From an uncultured virus (IMG/VR IMGVR_UViG_3300008255_000103) (Duplodnaviria; Heunggongvirae; Uroviricota; Caudoviricetes): 64,000 nucleotides of DNA. The DNA lies in IMG/VR virus record IMGVR_UViG_3300008255_000103, positions 62,001 to 126,000 of that record; one strand, 5' to 3'. Below are positions 49,831 to 62,686 of this stretch, one piece after another. Position numbers and translations under genes: made by a program. The notes under the pieces were generated by a model that did no database searches, was not told the DNA's origin, and saw only the letters and a list, made by a program, of their open reading frames with translations. The stretch's first letter is position 1. Each line of letters starts with the position of its first letter.

Positions 49831-52278
49831 TTATTTTCTATATGGAGTTGTAGGATAATATGGAATCATTGGATCAGTTTTTGATTTTTCAATCATATCA
49901 TAAAACATCTTTTCCCAATCTTTAGCTAAAGAATCTAATCCAAAATTCTCTTTTGCATATTCCTGTAATACTAATCTATCATCTTCACTATTATTAAACA
50001 TTGCATTAATGACTGCGCTGATAAAATTATTCTTATATTCTGAAGTTGTCCAATCACCAGGTATTAATGTCCCTCGTTCTCCTACTGTTTCATTTAAAGC
50101 TGCAATACTTGATGTAACCATACGCAATCCAGCAGCTTGAGCTTCCATTGCAGTAATACAACTTGTTTCAGTAAACCAAGTAGGATGTATCCAACAACCT
50201 GCACTTAAAAATTCAATTGCCAATTCATCTTGATTTACTCTATCATGATAAAAAACACCCAATGACTCCATATCTTTTATTTGTTTCTTAAGTCTACTAA
50301 TTAAATCAGCCTGTCCCTGATCATATTGTGCAGAATATTCCCAATTTTTGAAACCATAAAATAAATGTAATTCTGCCTTTGGAACATGTGCCTTAATAGT
50401 TGTCCAACATTCTAGCAAAATTGGCCAACTTCTATCAGGACTACTACTATTAACTGCTTTAAATCTATTTCTTGGAACTTTTTTATTAAATCTGTTTAAA
50501 TCAATTCCATTTCTAGTAACTGATACTTGTTCTGGATTAATATTATGTACTCTAATGATATTATTTTTATGCCAATCAGATAACGCTAATACCTTATCTG
50601 TTTTTAATAATAATTCACTGGTCGCACCATTAGCAATTACATCATGAACCCATAACAATGTTACTTTTGCTTTTACATTATACTTATCTGCTAACATAGA
50701 TGCATGACGTGATACAACCAAGATATCGCATTCTAAATTAGCATATTTTTCAGTTCTATAATATTCAACACGATCATAAATTCCTTCATTATTTCCACAA
50801 CTATTATAAACACGAACTCTATGACCTAAAGCAGCTAATCTTTTAGCCTGCTCAATTAACATTGTTTCGCTTCCACCAATTCCAAACTGTTTTACACTTA
50901 TTGGTGTCCAAATTTCAACTCCATTACCTGCAAAAAAGATAATATCAAGCTTACCACCAATAGGTTCGGCAATTGGTTCATCAACTTTTTGAGGCAATAA
51001 TGCATCTTCATCAGCTTTGTTTTTTATTATAACCTTTTTATCTATTATACTGGTCATTAATGATATTGATGCCGCATCTAATTCACCAATTTTTTCTAAT
51101 TCTTTTATAGATTTGTAAATTTGACGATGTAATAAGTTTATTTCATAAAGACGTTTATTTAACAAAAATGCCGGCTCAGTTGGTTCATATCTTAATCCTC
51201 TATTTACGCTATCTAAAGCCTCTTCTATTCTTCCAAGCTTATTTAATGCAAAATTATAGTATTTATGAATTTCATATTCTCTATCTGCAGGATTTATGAA
51301 CAAAAGTGTTTTAGTTTCAGAACAACCAAGACCTAATTTAATGAAATAAACACATCTTTCCCAATTGCGTATTTCATCTCTTCCGCCCTGCTGTGCCAAA
51401 TAATAGAATATTCGACCTAAAGCAAGATAGCCTTCTGCCCAAGATTCTTTAATAGCTACCGTTTTAAACGCCCACTTAAGTGCAGATTCATAATCTTGAC
51501 GCATTTGATAAATATCAATCAATTTTAAGCAAGCCATTGCTCGCTCATCATCCCAACCAGATACATCTATATATTTTGATAAACGCTCAATTGCCTCATC
51601 CATTAAATTAGCATTATAGCACTCAAGACCTAAATAATATAATTGGCGAGGGTCAGAATCTCCATGCTTTTCAAAATATGAACGTAAGATCCTTAAATTA
51701 CGACCAAATTCTTGTACTTTTTTACTAAGATATCTTTGATGTTTAAATAAAACATCTTCTACTGTTTGGAAAAAACAAGAAGGATCTTTATTAATCAATA
51801 CTTCATGAACTGGATTTACCCAATGAAATCGATCTTTATTATAAACTAAACGCTCTCTATAATGATAACATGTACATTTTCCATTGCTATCATATGCGTA
51901 TTCATATGGAAACATTAAACATACTGATTTATCTTCACTATCTGGAAGATAATCTTGGATTATTTTTAATAGATTTTCACCTTTAGTAATAATATCATCT
52001 GCATCAACCCACAATACCCATGGTTGAGTTGCTAAATCAAATGATCTTTGTCTCGCTTGTGAAAAACTTTCAATTAATCCAGTTTCAGAATTATTGCAAT
52101 CTGTATATACTTCAAAAATATCAGCATATTTTTTCGCAATTTCAGGAGTATTATCTGTTGAACCAGTATCAACAATAACAATTTCTGAAACATAATCCTT
52201 TATTGAATTCAAACATTGTTCTAATAATGGTTCATCACGAACAATTAAACATAGTGAAATAGGCGCGCGTTCAATCAT
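49831..52278 (-). CDS. GT2-TPR-GT4 fusion glycosyltransferase
   Basis: ISLCLIVRDE, IVDTGSTDNT, FSQARQ, WVDADD, VHEVL (GT2); TPR-like helices (YYLGLEC, YLALGRIFY); GIGGSE...ETSCITAMEAQAAG (GT4). Confidence 0.9.
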   Translation of the reverse strand: MIERAPISLCLIVRDEPLLEQCLNSIKDYVSEIVIVDTGSTDNTPEIAKKYADIFEVYTDCNNSETGLIESFSQARQRSFDLATQPWVLWVDADDIITKGENLLKIIQDYLPDSEDKSVCLMFPYEYAYDSNGKCTCYHYRERLVYNKDRFHWVNPVHEVLINKDPSCFFQTVEDVLFKHQRYLSKKVQEFGRNLRILRSYFEKHGDSDPRQLYYLGLECYNANLMDEAIERLSKYIDVSGWDDERAMACLKLIDIYQMRQDYESALKWAFKTVAIKESWAEGYLALGRIFYYLAQQGGRDEIRNWERCVYFIKLGLGCSETKTLLFINPADREYEIHKYYNFALNKLGRIEEALDSVNRGLRYEPTEPAFLLNKRLYEINLLHRQIYKSIKELEKIGELDAASISLMTSIIDKKVIIKNKADEDALLPQKVDEPIAEPIGGKLDIIFFAGNGVEIWTPISVKQFGIGGSETMLIEQAKRLAALGHRVRVYNSCGNNEGIYDRVEYYRTEKYANLECDILVVSRHASMLADKYNVKAKVTLLWVHDVIANGATSELLLKTDKVLALSDWHKNNIIRVHNINPEQVSVTRNGIDLNRFNKKVPRNRFKAVNSSSPDRSWPILLECWTTIKAHVPKAELHLFYGFKNWEYSAQYDQGQADLISRLKKQIKDMESLGVFYHDRVNQDELAIEFLSAGCWIHPTWFTETSCITAMEAQAAGLRMVTSSIAALNETVGERGTLIPGDWTTSEYKNNFISAVINAMFNNSEDDRLVLQEYAKENFGLDSLAKDWEKMFYDMIEKSKTDPMIPYYPTTPYRK

Positions 52279-52333
52279 ATCTTTCTCTTTTCACTTTTAA
52301 TATATCAATGACAAGCGCTAATTAATTTTTATA

Positions 52334-53182
52334 TTATGCTGCTTTTGTAATCGTCAAACCGCTGCCATTAGGATTCATTATTATTGGTGTTCCTCCAGAA
52401 TTTATAGCGGCTTGAATCTTAATCTTATCTCCAGATGAAATATCCATTATTATAGTAGCTCCACTAGTAGCTTTACCCTGAGTCGCCTGACGATTATACA
52501 TCCAAACAACAGTACCTCCAATTAACCCATAACCACTACCAGTATCTATCATCAATTGTGCATAGCTGTCACTTCTGGTAGTACCAGTAGTAAGATTAGT
52601 AGTTACATAAAAACTAATTAAATATGTACCAGTTGTATTTATTGTTACTTCAGCAGAAGAAGCTGTGTGTGTAAAATCAGAAGTTTTATTTCTTTCTGTA
52701 TCCAACGGCACATCAGTTAAACCTGCACTAATATTTGTACTACTAGCCGCATCATATGCATGAAAATAAGCAGGAGTAATACTAGCCGGTCCAGTAGGAC
52801 CAATTGGTCCCGTTGCTCCCGTTACGCCTGGACTACCTTGAGGTGCTCCAGCAGGACCTGTAGCTCCAGTAACACCAGCAGGACCTGTAGTGCCAGCAGG
52901 ACCTGTAGCTCCAGTTACACCGGGTGAACCTTGAGGTCCAATAGGTCCAGTTACACCTGTAGCACCGTCTGCACCAATAACTTTAAGAATAACTTCATCA
53001 ACAATTGTTCCGCCATATGGAGCAGTACCTTGATAAGCACCATCAGGAGTATCAGTTTGCCAATATACATATGCAGTAGGAACAGAACCATTATCATCAC
53101 GACCACGCTTATAATAAGTCGTAACTGAAGGCGCTCCCGCACCACCAAAAGTTACTGTCCATTCTCCACTATAATCAACCAT
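52334..53182 (-). CDS. Short collagen-like fibre protein with C-terminal C1q/BclA-like domain
   Basis: ~20 Gly-X-Y triplets then AYFHAY...[13 protein letters not shown]...GDKIKIQ. Confidence 0.75.
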   Translation of the reverse strand: MVDYSGEWTVTFGGAGAPSVTTYYKRGRDDNGSVPTAYVYWQTDTPDGAYQGTAPYGGTIVDEVILKVIGADGATGVTGPIGPQGSPGVTGATGPAGTTGPAGVTGATGPAGAPQGSPGVTGATGPIGPTGPASITPAYFHAYDAASSTNISAGLTDVPLDTERNKTSDFTHTASSAEVTINTTGTYLISFYVTTNLTTGTTRSDSYAQLMIDTGSGYGLIGGTVVWMYNRQATQGKATSGATIIMDISSGDKIKIQAAINSGGTPIIMNPNGSGLTITKAA

Positions 53183-53185
53183 CTG

Positions 53186-56100
53186 TTATCCATCCTCTAC
53201 TTCAATAAATGCTGAAGATACCTGTACAAAATCAGTATCATTTGCGCCCGTATCTAATTTAGCATGTAATTCTACAGAACGCTCTCCAGCAGTTATTGTA
53301 AGTGGTCCAAGAGTCTTTGATTGTAATGTAGTATTATTGTCAGTAATGTACCCGTCGATATAATATCCATCATAAACATCATATAACCTGATTGTGTATG
53401 TTTGTGCATTATCTACTTCACACGCTACTCTTAATGTATATATAGCACTTCCAGAATAATCTGCAGTATTTAATATTCCAGAACCTAATCTACTATAAAT
53501 ACTAAGATTTGTAGCAAATAAACCAGCTGCTAAACTTATTATTGCATTTCCTGCAGATCCAGTTGCTGATCCTGCTGGTCCCGTAGCTCCTTGAGGTCCT
53601 GTAGCTCCAGTTACACCGGCAACACCAGTGGCTCCTTGAGGTCCTGTTGCTCCAGTAACTCCCTGTTCACCTTGAGGTCCTGTTGCTCCAGTTACTCCGT
53701 CTATACCCGTAACTCCTTGTGGACCGGTTGCTCCCGTAACTCCATCTTGACCTTGTGGACCTGTAGCACCGGTTACACCGGGACTTCCTTGAATACCTTG
53801 AACTCCAGTAGCTCCCTGTGGACCAGTAGCACCCGTAACTCCGTCTATACCCGTAGCTCCTTGCGGACCAGTTGCACCAGTTACTCCGGGTGAACCCTGA
53901 ATGCCTTGAGGTCCTGTAGCACCAGTTACTCCAGGACTTCCTTGAATACCTTGGAGACCTGTAGCACCCTGAGGTCCAGTTACACCATCTGCACCAGTAG
54001 CTCCTACTGATCCTGTAGCTCCTTGTGGACCAGTAGTTCCGGTAACACCATCAATACCAGTTGCACCTTGTGGTCCTATAGCACCTGTTACACCTGGTGA
54101 TCCTTGAATACCTTGTATACCAGTAGCTCCTTGAAGTCCTGTAGCACCAGTTATACCAGGACTTCCCTGAATACCTTGAGGTCCTGTAGCTCCTTGTGGA
54201 CCAGTAGCTCCCGTTACACCAGGAGATCCTTGAATGCCTTGTGGACCAGTTGCTCCAGTTACACCAGGAGATCCTTGAATGCCTTGTGGACCAGTTGCTC
54301 CAGTTACACCAGGAGATCCTTGAATGCCTTGTATACCAGTAGCTCCTATTGGACCTGTTGCGCCCGTTACACCAGGACTTCCTTGAATACCTTGGGGACC
54401 TGTAGCTCCTTGTGGTCCAGTCGCACCCGTAACGCCAAGAGCAACATCCAAAATATCTAATGCAATTTGAACATTTGATGCAGCCGTTCCAACAAGAATT
54501 CCAGTAAATCCAGTGGTATCAACAGAAATTGATGTTGCTGGATGAGCATTCGTTGCATCTCTATTAATTAAAGAATTATGATCTGTAGGAGAATAACTAC
54601 CTACTGGTGTTGATGCATCATTTCTATAATCTACAACATCCCTTAGTGCAGAATATTTTATAGTAGAAGAATATGCAGCCTTATATTGATAAATTAATCT
54701 ATATATAAGTTTCATTTCCGGAGTAATTAACCCAGAAACAAATATAGATGCTGGGCTTGCTGCCGTTTGAGCATCAAATAATGATCCATAATAATTATCA
54801 TGAGGAATAGATATAATTGGATCATAACTATCATTTGATGCAAAAATCCAAACAACAAAAAAATCTGTGATAGGAACATCAGTTAATTTCCACCCAGTTC
54901 CACCACCAACATTCTCATTATATTGAGGAATATTAGATACAGAACCCCATGGGAATGGGAATGAATTTGAGGCTATTTTTCTCCATGCAGGAGTTGTCCC
55001 AAATTTATATAGTACAGGGATTTGTCCAGGATTTGCTGGTAAAGTTCCGCCCAAATTTTGTTCATAAGGATCTGTGCCAGTTCCATTTATTATATCATGT
55101 TCTAAATCTTCATCATCAACTGTTCCGCTAGTCATAGACACATAAGTATTAGTACCATCTGAGGCTGGAGTTCCCGTAGTAATTGCATTACTATCTAATC
55201 CTAATCCAGTTTCCCATCTCATTCCAAAATTATCATGTAAATATTCATGAGTTGCGTTGGACATTACAATTCCATGACGCTCATCTCCAAATATAGTAAC
55301 TGCGCCAGTATCATCTATATAAAGTAACGCTATCAATGCGTCATCTAATATATTAGCAGTTGTATTTTCCGTTAAATATCCATCAACTGAAGAATAATAA
55401 ACCCAATGCACACCTACAGAATTAGTTACTGGAATAGATTCTGTACTCTTTATATATTTAACAGCACCAGCATAAATAACAAAGTTAGTTCCAGTTATCG
55501 TTAATGTCAGTCCAGACATTGATATTGAAGATTGTGTTCTGTCTTCAAATCCATTATTTATGACTTGAATTGGTCCTGTAGAACCAGTAACACCAGGAGA
55601 TCCTTGGTTACCTTGCGGTCCTGTTGGTCCAGTAGCTCCTGTTGCACCTTGTGATCCTGTGGCGCCTGTAACTCCATCTGTTCCAGTTACACCTTGAATA
55701 CCTTGAGGTCCAGTAGCTCCTTGTGGACCAGTAGCTCCTGGTTGACCTTGAGGTCCAGTAGCACCTGTAACACCATCTACACCTGTAGCGCCTTGCAAGC
55801 CAGTTACGCCTTGAGGTCCTGTAGCTCCAGCAGGACCTGTTGCGCCTGTTGCGCCTGTTACACCATCTGCTCCCGTTGGTCCAGGTTCACCTTGAGGACC
55901 TGTAGCTCCAGCGGGACCAGTTGCACCAGTAATTCCTGGGGAACCAGTTGGTCCTGGTTCACCTGTTGGTCCAGCAGGACCAGTTACACCATCTTGACCA
56001 GCAGGACCTGTTGCACCAGCGGGACCAGTTGCTCCAGTTACACCGTCAACACCATCAACTCCTTGTGCTCCAGTTGGTCCAATTGGACCTGTAGCTCCAG

Positions 56101-56443
56101 CAGGACCGGTTGCTCCAGCGGGACCAGTAGCTCCTGTTACACCATCAACACCATCAATGCCTTGTGTTCCAGTTGCGCCTTGTGGACCTGTTACACCGGC
56201 AGGACCTGTTGCGCCAGCAGGACCGGTTGCACCGGTTACACCGGGAGATCCTTGAGGTCCACCAAAAGGACCAGTAACACCAGGAGATCCTTGTGGACCT
56301 TGCAAACCAGTAGGTCCAGCAGGACCAGTAGCTCCAGCAGGACCTGTTGCGCCAGTTGCGCCAGCGGGACCTGTAGGACCTGTGATACCGCCACCAGATC
56401 CAGATGGAACTCCTTTTATTTGGTTTGCATTAACTTTGCTCAT
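53186..56443 (-). CDS. Long collagen-like fibre protein (two Gly-X-Y blocks around a globular domain)
   Basis: GAT/GPT/GVT/GPQ/GSP triplets in two blocks of ~90 triplets; central ~380-aa non-repetitive domain; three DGY motifs. Confidence 0.85.
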   Translation of the reverse strand: MSKVNANQIKGVPSGSGGGITGPTGPAGATGATGPAGATGPAGPTGLQGPQGSPGVTGPFGGPQGSPGVTGATGPAGATGPAGVTGPQGATGTQGIDGVDGVTGATGPAGATGPAGATGPIGPTGAQGVDGVDGVTGATGPAGATGPAGQDGVTGPAGPTGEPGPTGSPGITGATGPAGATGPQGEPGPTGADGVTGATGATGPAGATGPQGVTGLQGATGVDGVTGATGPQGQPGATGPQGATGPQGIQGVTGTDGVTGATGSQGATGATGPTGPQGNQGSPGVTGSTGPIQVINNGFEDRTQSSISMSGLTLTITGTNFVIYAGAVKYIKSTESIPVTNSVGVHWVYYSSVDGYLTENTTANILDDALIALLYIDDTGAVTIFGDERHGIVMSNATHEYLHDNFGMRWETGLGLDSNAITTGTPASDGTNTYVSMTSGTVDDEDLEHDIINGTGTDPYEQNLGGTLPANPGQIPVLYKFGTTPAWRKIASNSFPFPWGSVSNIPQYNENVGGGTGWKLTDVPITDFFVVWIFASNDSYDPIISIPHDNYYGSLFDAQTAASPASIFVSGLITPEMKLIYRLIYQYKAAYSSTIKYSALRDVVDYRNDASTPVGSYSPTDHNSLINRDATNAHPATSISVDTTGFTGILVGTAASNVQIALDILDVALGVTGATGPQGATGPQGIQGSPGVTGATGPIGATGIQGIQGSPGVTGATGPQGIQGSPGVTGATGPQGIQGSPGVTGATGPQGATGPQGIQGSPGITGATGLQGATGIQGIQGSPGVTGAIGPQGATGIDGVTGTTGPQGATGSVGATGADGVTGPQGATGLQGIQGSPGVTGATGPQGIQGSPGVTGATGPQGATGIDGVTGATGPQGATGVQGIQGSPGVTGATGPQGQDGVTGATGPQGVTGIDGVTGATGPQGEQGVTGATGPQGATGVAGVTGATGPQGATGPAGSATGSAGNAIISLAAGLFATNLSIYSRLGSGILNTADYSGSAIYTLRVACEVDNAQTYTIRLYDVYDGYYIDGYITDNNTTLQSKTLGPLTITAGERSVELHAKLDTGANDTDFVQVSSAFIEVEDG
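54190..54332. repeat. 45-bp tandem repeats encoding [15 protein letters not shown]
   Basis: Three near-identical CCTTGTGGACCAGTWGCTCCMGTTACACCAGGAGATCCTTGAATG units. Confidence 0.8.
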
Positions 56444-56450
56444 TGATTGC

Positions 56451-57053
56451 TCACGTATTATCTAAGTAATAATCGGCAGTAATTATATCGTCTGGAGGAG
56501 GAACAGTTGTTGGTGGAACAGTTAAAATAACAGTATCATAACCAGATCCAGGTCCTCCACTTTCAGCAATAAAATAATCATCTAAGAAAAATTGTTTTAC
56601 TCCATTTTTATACACTATTATTCGGTATAAATCGTTTTGAATAAATTTTCCGAATGGAATAGAATAAACAGTATTTGAGTCATCAACAACTCCGACCAAT
56701 TCAATATCTTCTTTTTTCAAAACTGATAGATTCTCACTGGTTACTTGCAATCCGTTTACTATTCCGGCATCTTGTAAAAATGATTTTTGATCAAGATTAA
56801 ATTGAAGCAAATCAATATCACTACATTCAACAACTATATCTTTTGCTAAAATTTTATGACGCAATTCACCTTTTAATAATGAAGCACGAATATCTTGCTC
56901 TGCTACGCCAGGTATTTGCAGTAAATCTCGTGTTTGATTAAAATTAATAGGATATTGAAAAATTGTAATTGTTTTATTGCGATCTGAAGTAATATTTCTT
57001 ACTATAAAACAACCGTATCTTTTTAAATAAGGAGCAAATTGATCTACAGTCAT
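56451..57053 (-). CDS. Hypothetical, probably structural protein
   Basis: C-terminal GVVD..NTVY...IVYKNGVKQ...DY...P...DIITADY module typical of phage virion proteins; directly upstream of the collagen genes. Confidence 0.55.
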   Translation of the reverse strand: MTVDQFAPYLKRYGCFIVRNITSDRNKTITIFQYPINFNQTRDLLQIPGVAEQDIRASLLKGELRHKILAKDIVVECSDIDLLQFNLDQKSFLQDAGIVNGLQVTSENLSVLKKEDIELVGVVDDSNTVYSIPFGKFIQNDLYRIIVYKNGVKQFFLDDYFIAESGGPGSGYDTVILTVPPTTVPPPDDIITADYYLDNT

Positions 57054-57057
57054 AATC

Positions 57058-57933
57058 TTACTCCTCTATTGAAATTACATCATCTTTATCATCATTAGGT
57101 TGATCATCTGATATTATTTTTTGATCAGTAGCAGTTTCTTCTGAGCTAGATTTACTAATGGGTTTTTCATTAACAATCTTATCTTTAATGGTAATCATTA
57201 CAGATCTTTCTACTTCTGGATTATCTTTTGTTGCTTTAACATCAAATAACTTATTAGTTAAATTATCATCTGGAGCGGCTTGTTTCTGATTTGCCATAAC
57301 AGTAGCTAATGTAGTTAACATCTTATCTACTAAAGTATCATAACTAAATTTAGAAACGTCCATAGGAGTTATTTGCTCATAATTTTTATCGCCATGAACT
57401 AATAGTTCATCCTTTTGTAAAATAGCTTCTTTTAATGTTTCCGGTGACATAGCTAATAAATTATCTGGTGTTAATCTGTAACGTACATACATTAACTCTT
57501 CTAAATAATCTAAACTTCCAACTGATGGTTGGGTATCACTATAATCGCCATCTTTAATATTAGTGCGTATACCTTTATCAACAGATGATAACAATACTCT
57601 TGTATAACTATCTTGCCAAGCTGGTTGTTTTCCAAATTCTCGTTTTAATTGTGTCAAAACATCAGCTAATTTTGTGAATGCTTCTAATTTATGAGACATA
57701 GATTCTGATAGAAACGCCTCACTTCTATGATAATTTTGCAATCCTCGTCTTGGAATATAATCAGTTTCTTGATTAATTCTTCTTGTATCAAAAGCATTCT
57801 TAGTAAAACCAAAACTGTTTGATAAAGAATTTTTACGAATAGAAAACGAACGTCTTCTTTGTGCAATATCATCGGCACTTTTTATAATGACACAGTATAT
57901 GTCTAATACATCTAACAATTCCATTTTTACCAT
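57058..57933 (-). CDS. Hypothetical protein
   Basis: 291-aa ORF heading the collagen operon; class-A motif upstream (57969-57983). Confidence 0.6.
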   Translation of the reverse strand: MVKMELLDVLDIYCVIIKSADDIAQRRRSFSIRKNSLSNSFGFTKNAFDTRRINQETDYIPRRGLQNYHRSEAFLSESMSHKLEAFTKLADVLTQLKREFGKQPAWQDSYTRVLLSSVDKGIRTNIKDGDYSDTQPSVGSLDYLEELMYVRYRLTPDNLLAMSPETLKEAILQKDELLVHGDKNYEQITPMDVSKFSYDTLVDKMLTTLATVMANQKQAAPDDNLTNKLFDVKATKDNPEVERSVMITIKDKIVNEKPISKSSSEETATDQKIISDDQPNDDKDDVISIEE

Positions 57934-58018
57934 ATATTAAGGTTGCAAGTGACATTACAGGCTATTATGATACAGAAATATTACCCAAAGAAATATAATG
58001 TAACAAATATTAACGGGC

Positions 58019-58047
58019 TTGACAGGATTTTTTTTTGATATTACATT
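58019..58047 (+). promoter_or_regulatory. Sigma70-type promoter for cca
   Basis: TTGACA (58019-58024), 17-nt spacer, TACATT (58042-58047); ATG begins 7 nt after the -10 element. Confidence 0.6.
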
Positions 58048-58053
58048 TTTACC

Positions 58054-60298
<2,245 letters not shown>

Positions 60299-60327
60299 AT
60301 TTAGATTTTAATCAGCGTTCTAATAAA

Positions 60328-61341
60328 TTAGACACCGACTACTACAGACTTACGTCCAGCAGCAACACCACGTGGGTTTACGATTGCGATTCCGATGATT
60401 TCGGAAACAACCCAACCTAGCTTCAATTGCTTTGGTTCATCAGCTGGCAAGACTTCAATGTCTTGACGGATAGGCATAACACCTACGAATTCAGGATCAG
60501 CAGCGCCATAAATTGTTCCAGGTGGAACGATCTTGGAAACCATAATATCAGTTCCCCAAATGTGTGCATATAGACCGGTTTGTAGAACTTCTCTCATTGT
60601 GACGGGATCGAAATCTCCGCCGCCTGTGCCCTGTCCACCGCCTGCTCCCCACTTAAGGATATCGGTGAATTCATTAATGTTCATGAAATACTTGGTAGTC
60701 ACAAGGTCCCAGCGGTCGATCTGTTGCTTGATTTCAACAAGGTCTCTCTTCAAAAGACCAGCGTCAGCGATGTCAGTCAATGTATTTTCGACAGAGGCTG
60801 CTGCATCTAATGCTGCGAATACGTTTGCGTCTTCTTGTGCCATCATTTCCTGGCGAGCCTTTTGGACTGCACGGTCAATGACGTTGAATCTACGACGCTT
60901 TACTTCAGCAATACGTACTGTTGGGTTTGCGTAGATTTCGAATTCAGGAACTACAACACGGTCACCGAATACACGGGATTCTGGACCAGTACCGTTGCTG
61001 GAAATAACAACAGCGGCTACATCGATATCTCTATCGTAAGTAGGCGTTGCACCTTGTGGCAAAGGATCTACAACCAATGCTCTACGGGCAATTCCATGGT
61101 AGTCTAAGTTTCTGCGGATTGGGTTTGCCATAGCCTGAGCTAAAGCAATCTTTCCGTCTTGAGTCATAATAGCGCGGGAAATCAATTCATCGCGTCTTTC
61201 GTCACTTAATGCAGTTTGTCCAGCCATACCCATATTTGATGGTTGATTCTCTTCGAGAATAGCAGCATATTTAACAAGTGTTTGAAGGGCATCTTTGAGT
61301 GAGCTTGCATTCATTTGCCCACCATTATTAAACATATTCAT
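60328..61341 (-). CDS. Major capsid protein (HK97 fold)
   Basis: LAQAMANPIRRNLDY.GIARR.L.VD.LP.G..P.YD...EFEI..NP.V.I.EV..RRFNVIDR...QED...F; GGAG Shine-Dalgarno, highly expressed codon bias, own terminator. Confidence 0.88.
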   Translation of the reverse strand: MNMFNNGGQMNASSLKDALQTLVKYAAILEENQPSNMGMAGQTALSDERRDELISRAIMTQDGKIALAQAMANPIRRNLDYHGIARRALVVDPLPQGATPTYDRDIDVAAVVISSNGTGPESRVFGDRVVVPEFEIYANPTVRIAEVKRRRFNVIDRAVQKARQEMMAQEDANVFAALDAAASVENTLTDIADAGLLKRDLVEIKQQIDRWDLVTTKYFMNINEFTDILKWGAGGGQGTGGGDFDPVTMREVLQTGLYAHIWGTDIMVSKIVPPGTIYGAADPEFVGVMPIRQDIEVLPADEPKQLKLGWVVSEIIGIAIVNPRGVAAGRKSVVVGV

Positions 61342-61492
61342 ATGTTATCTCCACAATTAAAGGAATTGTTTGCCAATTTCTTAGCAATACACATTATGTG
61401 TATGATAAAATATGATAATATTAGCTTTTTTAGAAAAAAAAAATACTGCACTTACTATACATATTATGATATAGTATAATCTGCATCTTAAT

Positions 61493-62644
61493 TTGGAAAT
61501 AATTATGAATTTAATTGGTAAAAAATTTAATAAATTAACAGTAATATCTAAGGCTGATAGTATTTTAGGCGGACAAAAAATAAAAAGATATTGGGGTGCA
61601 TGGAATTGTCAATGTGATTGTGGAAATGTAATTATTGTAAAAACTATTGATTTAAATAGAGGTAGTGTTAAGTCTTGTGGATGTTTGTATAAATTACACG
61701 GCAAATCATATAAACCAGGACAAAAATTTAATAGGTTAACATTAATATCATATAAAAAAGGTAAATGGTTATGTTTGTGTGATTGTGGTAATCATATTGA
61801 AGTATTAACTGAAAATATAAAAAGAAATACCAAATCTTGTGGATGTTTAAAATCAGAAATATCATCAAATAATTCTATAAAATTAATATCTGGAAGGCGT
61901 AAATTTGAACCAAAAATTGCATCTGCTAGAAGAATTTGGAAAAATTATTGTTATAAAGATAAATTATGTAATATTACATTTGAACAATTTCTAGTAATAT
62001 CTAAAGAAAATTGTATTTACTGTGGCACTTCTCCAAATACTCAATATAATTATTTCAATACTTTATCAAGCAATAGTTCACAAAAATCAAAAAATGAAGG
62101 ATTATTTATTTATAACGGATTAGATCGTATTGATAATACAAAACCACATACACTAAATAATAGTGTTCCATGCTGCCAAATATGTAATAGAGCCAAAAAT
62201 AATAGGTCTGTCATTGATTTTTTATCATGGGTTAACTTATTAAAAATTAATTCATTTGAACAACTAAAAATAATTCCAATTCAGCTACCCAAAATATCTC
62301 TATCTATAAAATGTATTTATAACTCTGGATATAATGATGGAGATTTAAAAATAGAAGAATTCTATTTTTTATCTCAACAACAATGTTATTACTGTGGTTC
62401 CTATCCACAAAATATCTTTAATAAAGCAAAAAATGATAAAAAATCATCTCAATATGCAAAAGATAATGGTAATTTTATTTATAATGGGCTAGATCGTATT
62501 GATAATACAAAGCCACATAATAAAAATAATGTTGTACCTTGCTGTAAATACTGTAATTTTACAAAAAGCAAACTCATATTAATAGAATTTCAAATTTGGA
62601 TTAATAAAATTCAGCAATATCAAAAAGAAAAGCACGGCTATTAA
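61493..62644 (+). CDS. HNH endonuclease with duplicated domains
   Basis: Two CDCG...SCGC modules and two C.YCG...YNGLDRIDNTKPH..NN.VPCC..CN modules. Confidence 0.85.
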   Translation: MEIIMNLIGKKFNKLTVISKADSILGGQKIKRYWGAWNCQCDCGNVIIVKTIDLNRGSVKSCGCLYKLHGKSYKPGQKFNRLTLISYKKGKWLCLCDCGNHIEVLTENIKRNTKSCGCLKSEISSNNSIKLISGRRKFEPKIASARRIWKNYCYKDKLCNITFEQFLVISKENCIYCGTSPNTQYNYFNTLSSNSSQKSKNEGLFIYNGLDRIDNTKPHTLNNSVPCCQICNRAKNNRSVIDFLSWVNLLKINSFEQLKIIPIQLPKISLSIKCIYNSGYNDGDLKIEEFYFLSQQQCYYCGSYPQNIFNKAKNDKKSSQYAKDNGNFIYNGLDRIDNTKPHNKNNVVPCCKYCNFTKSKLILIEFQIWINKIQQYQKEKHGY

Positions 62645-62655
62645 GCCGTGCTTTT
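62628..62655. terminator. Bidirectional intrinsic terminator between the HNH and decoration genes
   Basis: AAAAGCACGGCT-ATTA-AGCCGTGCTTTT. Confidence 0.85.
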
Positions 62656-62656
62656 T

Positions 62657-62686
62657 AGATTATTCAATCAAAGATTATTCAATCAA
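62657..62686. repeat. Perfect 15-bp tandem duplication
   Basis: AGATTATTCAATCAA x2 abutting the stop codon of 62687..63352. Confidence 0.85.

Noticed and set aside
53591..56446. Ser/Cys/Thr/Arg-rich plus-strand ORFs (53591, 54104, 55694)
   Set aside because: They are antisense read-outs of the collagen Gly-X-Y repeats.
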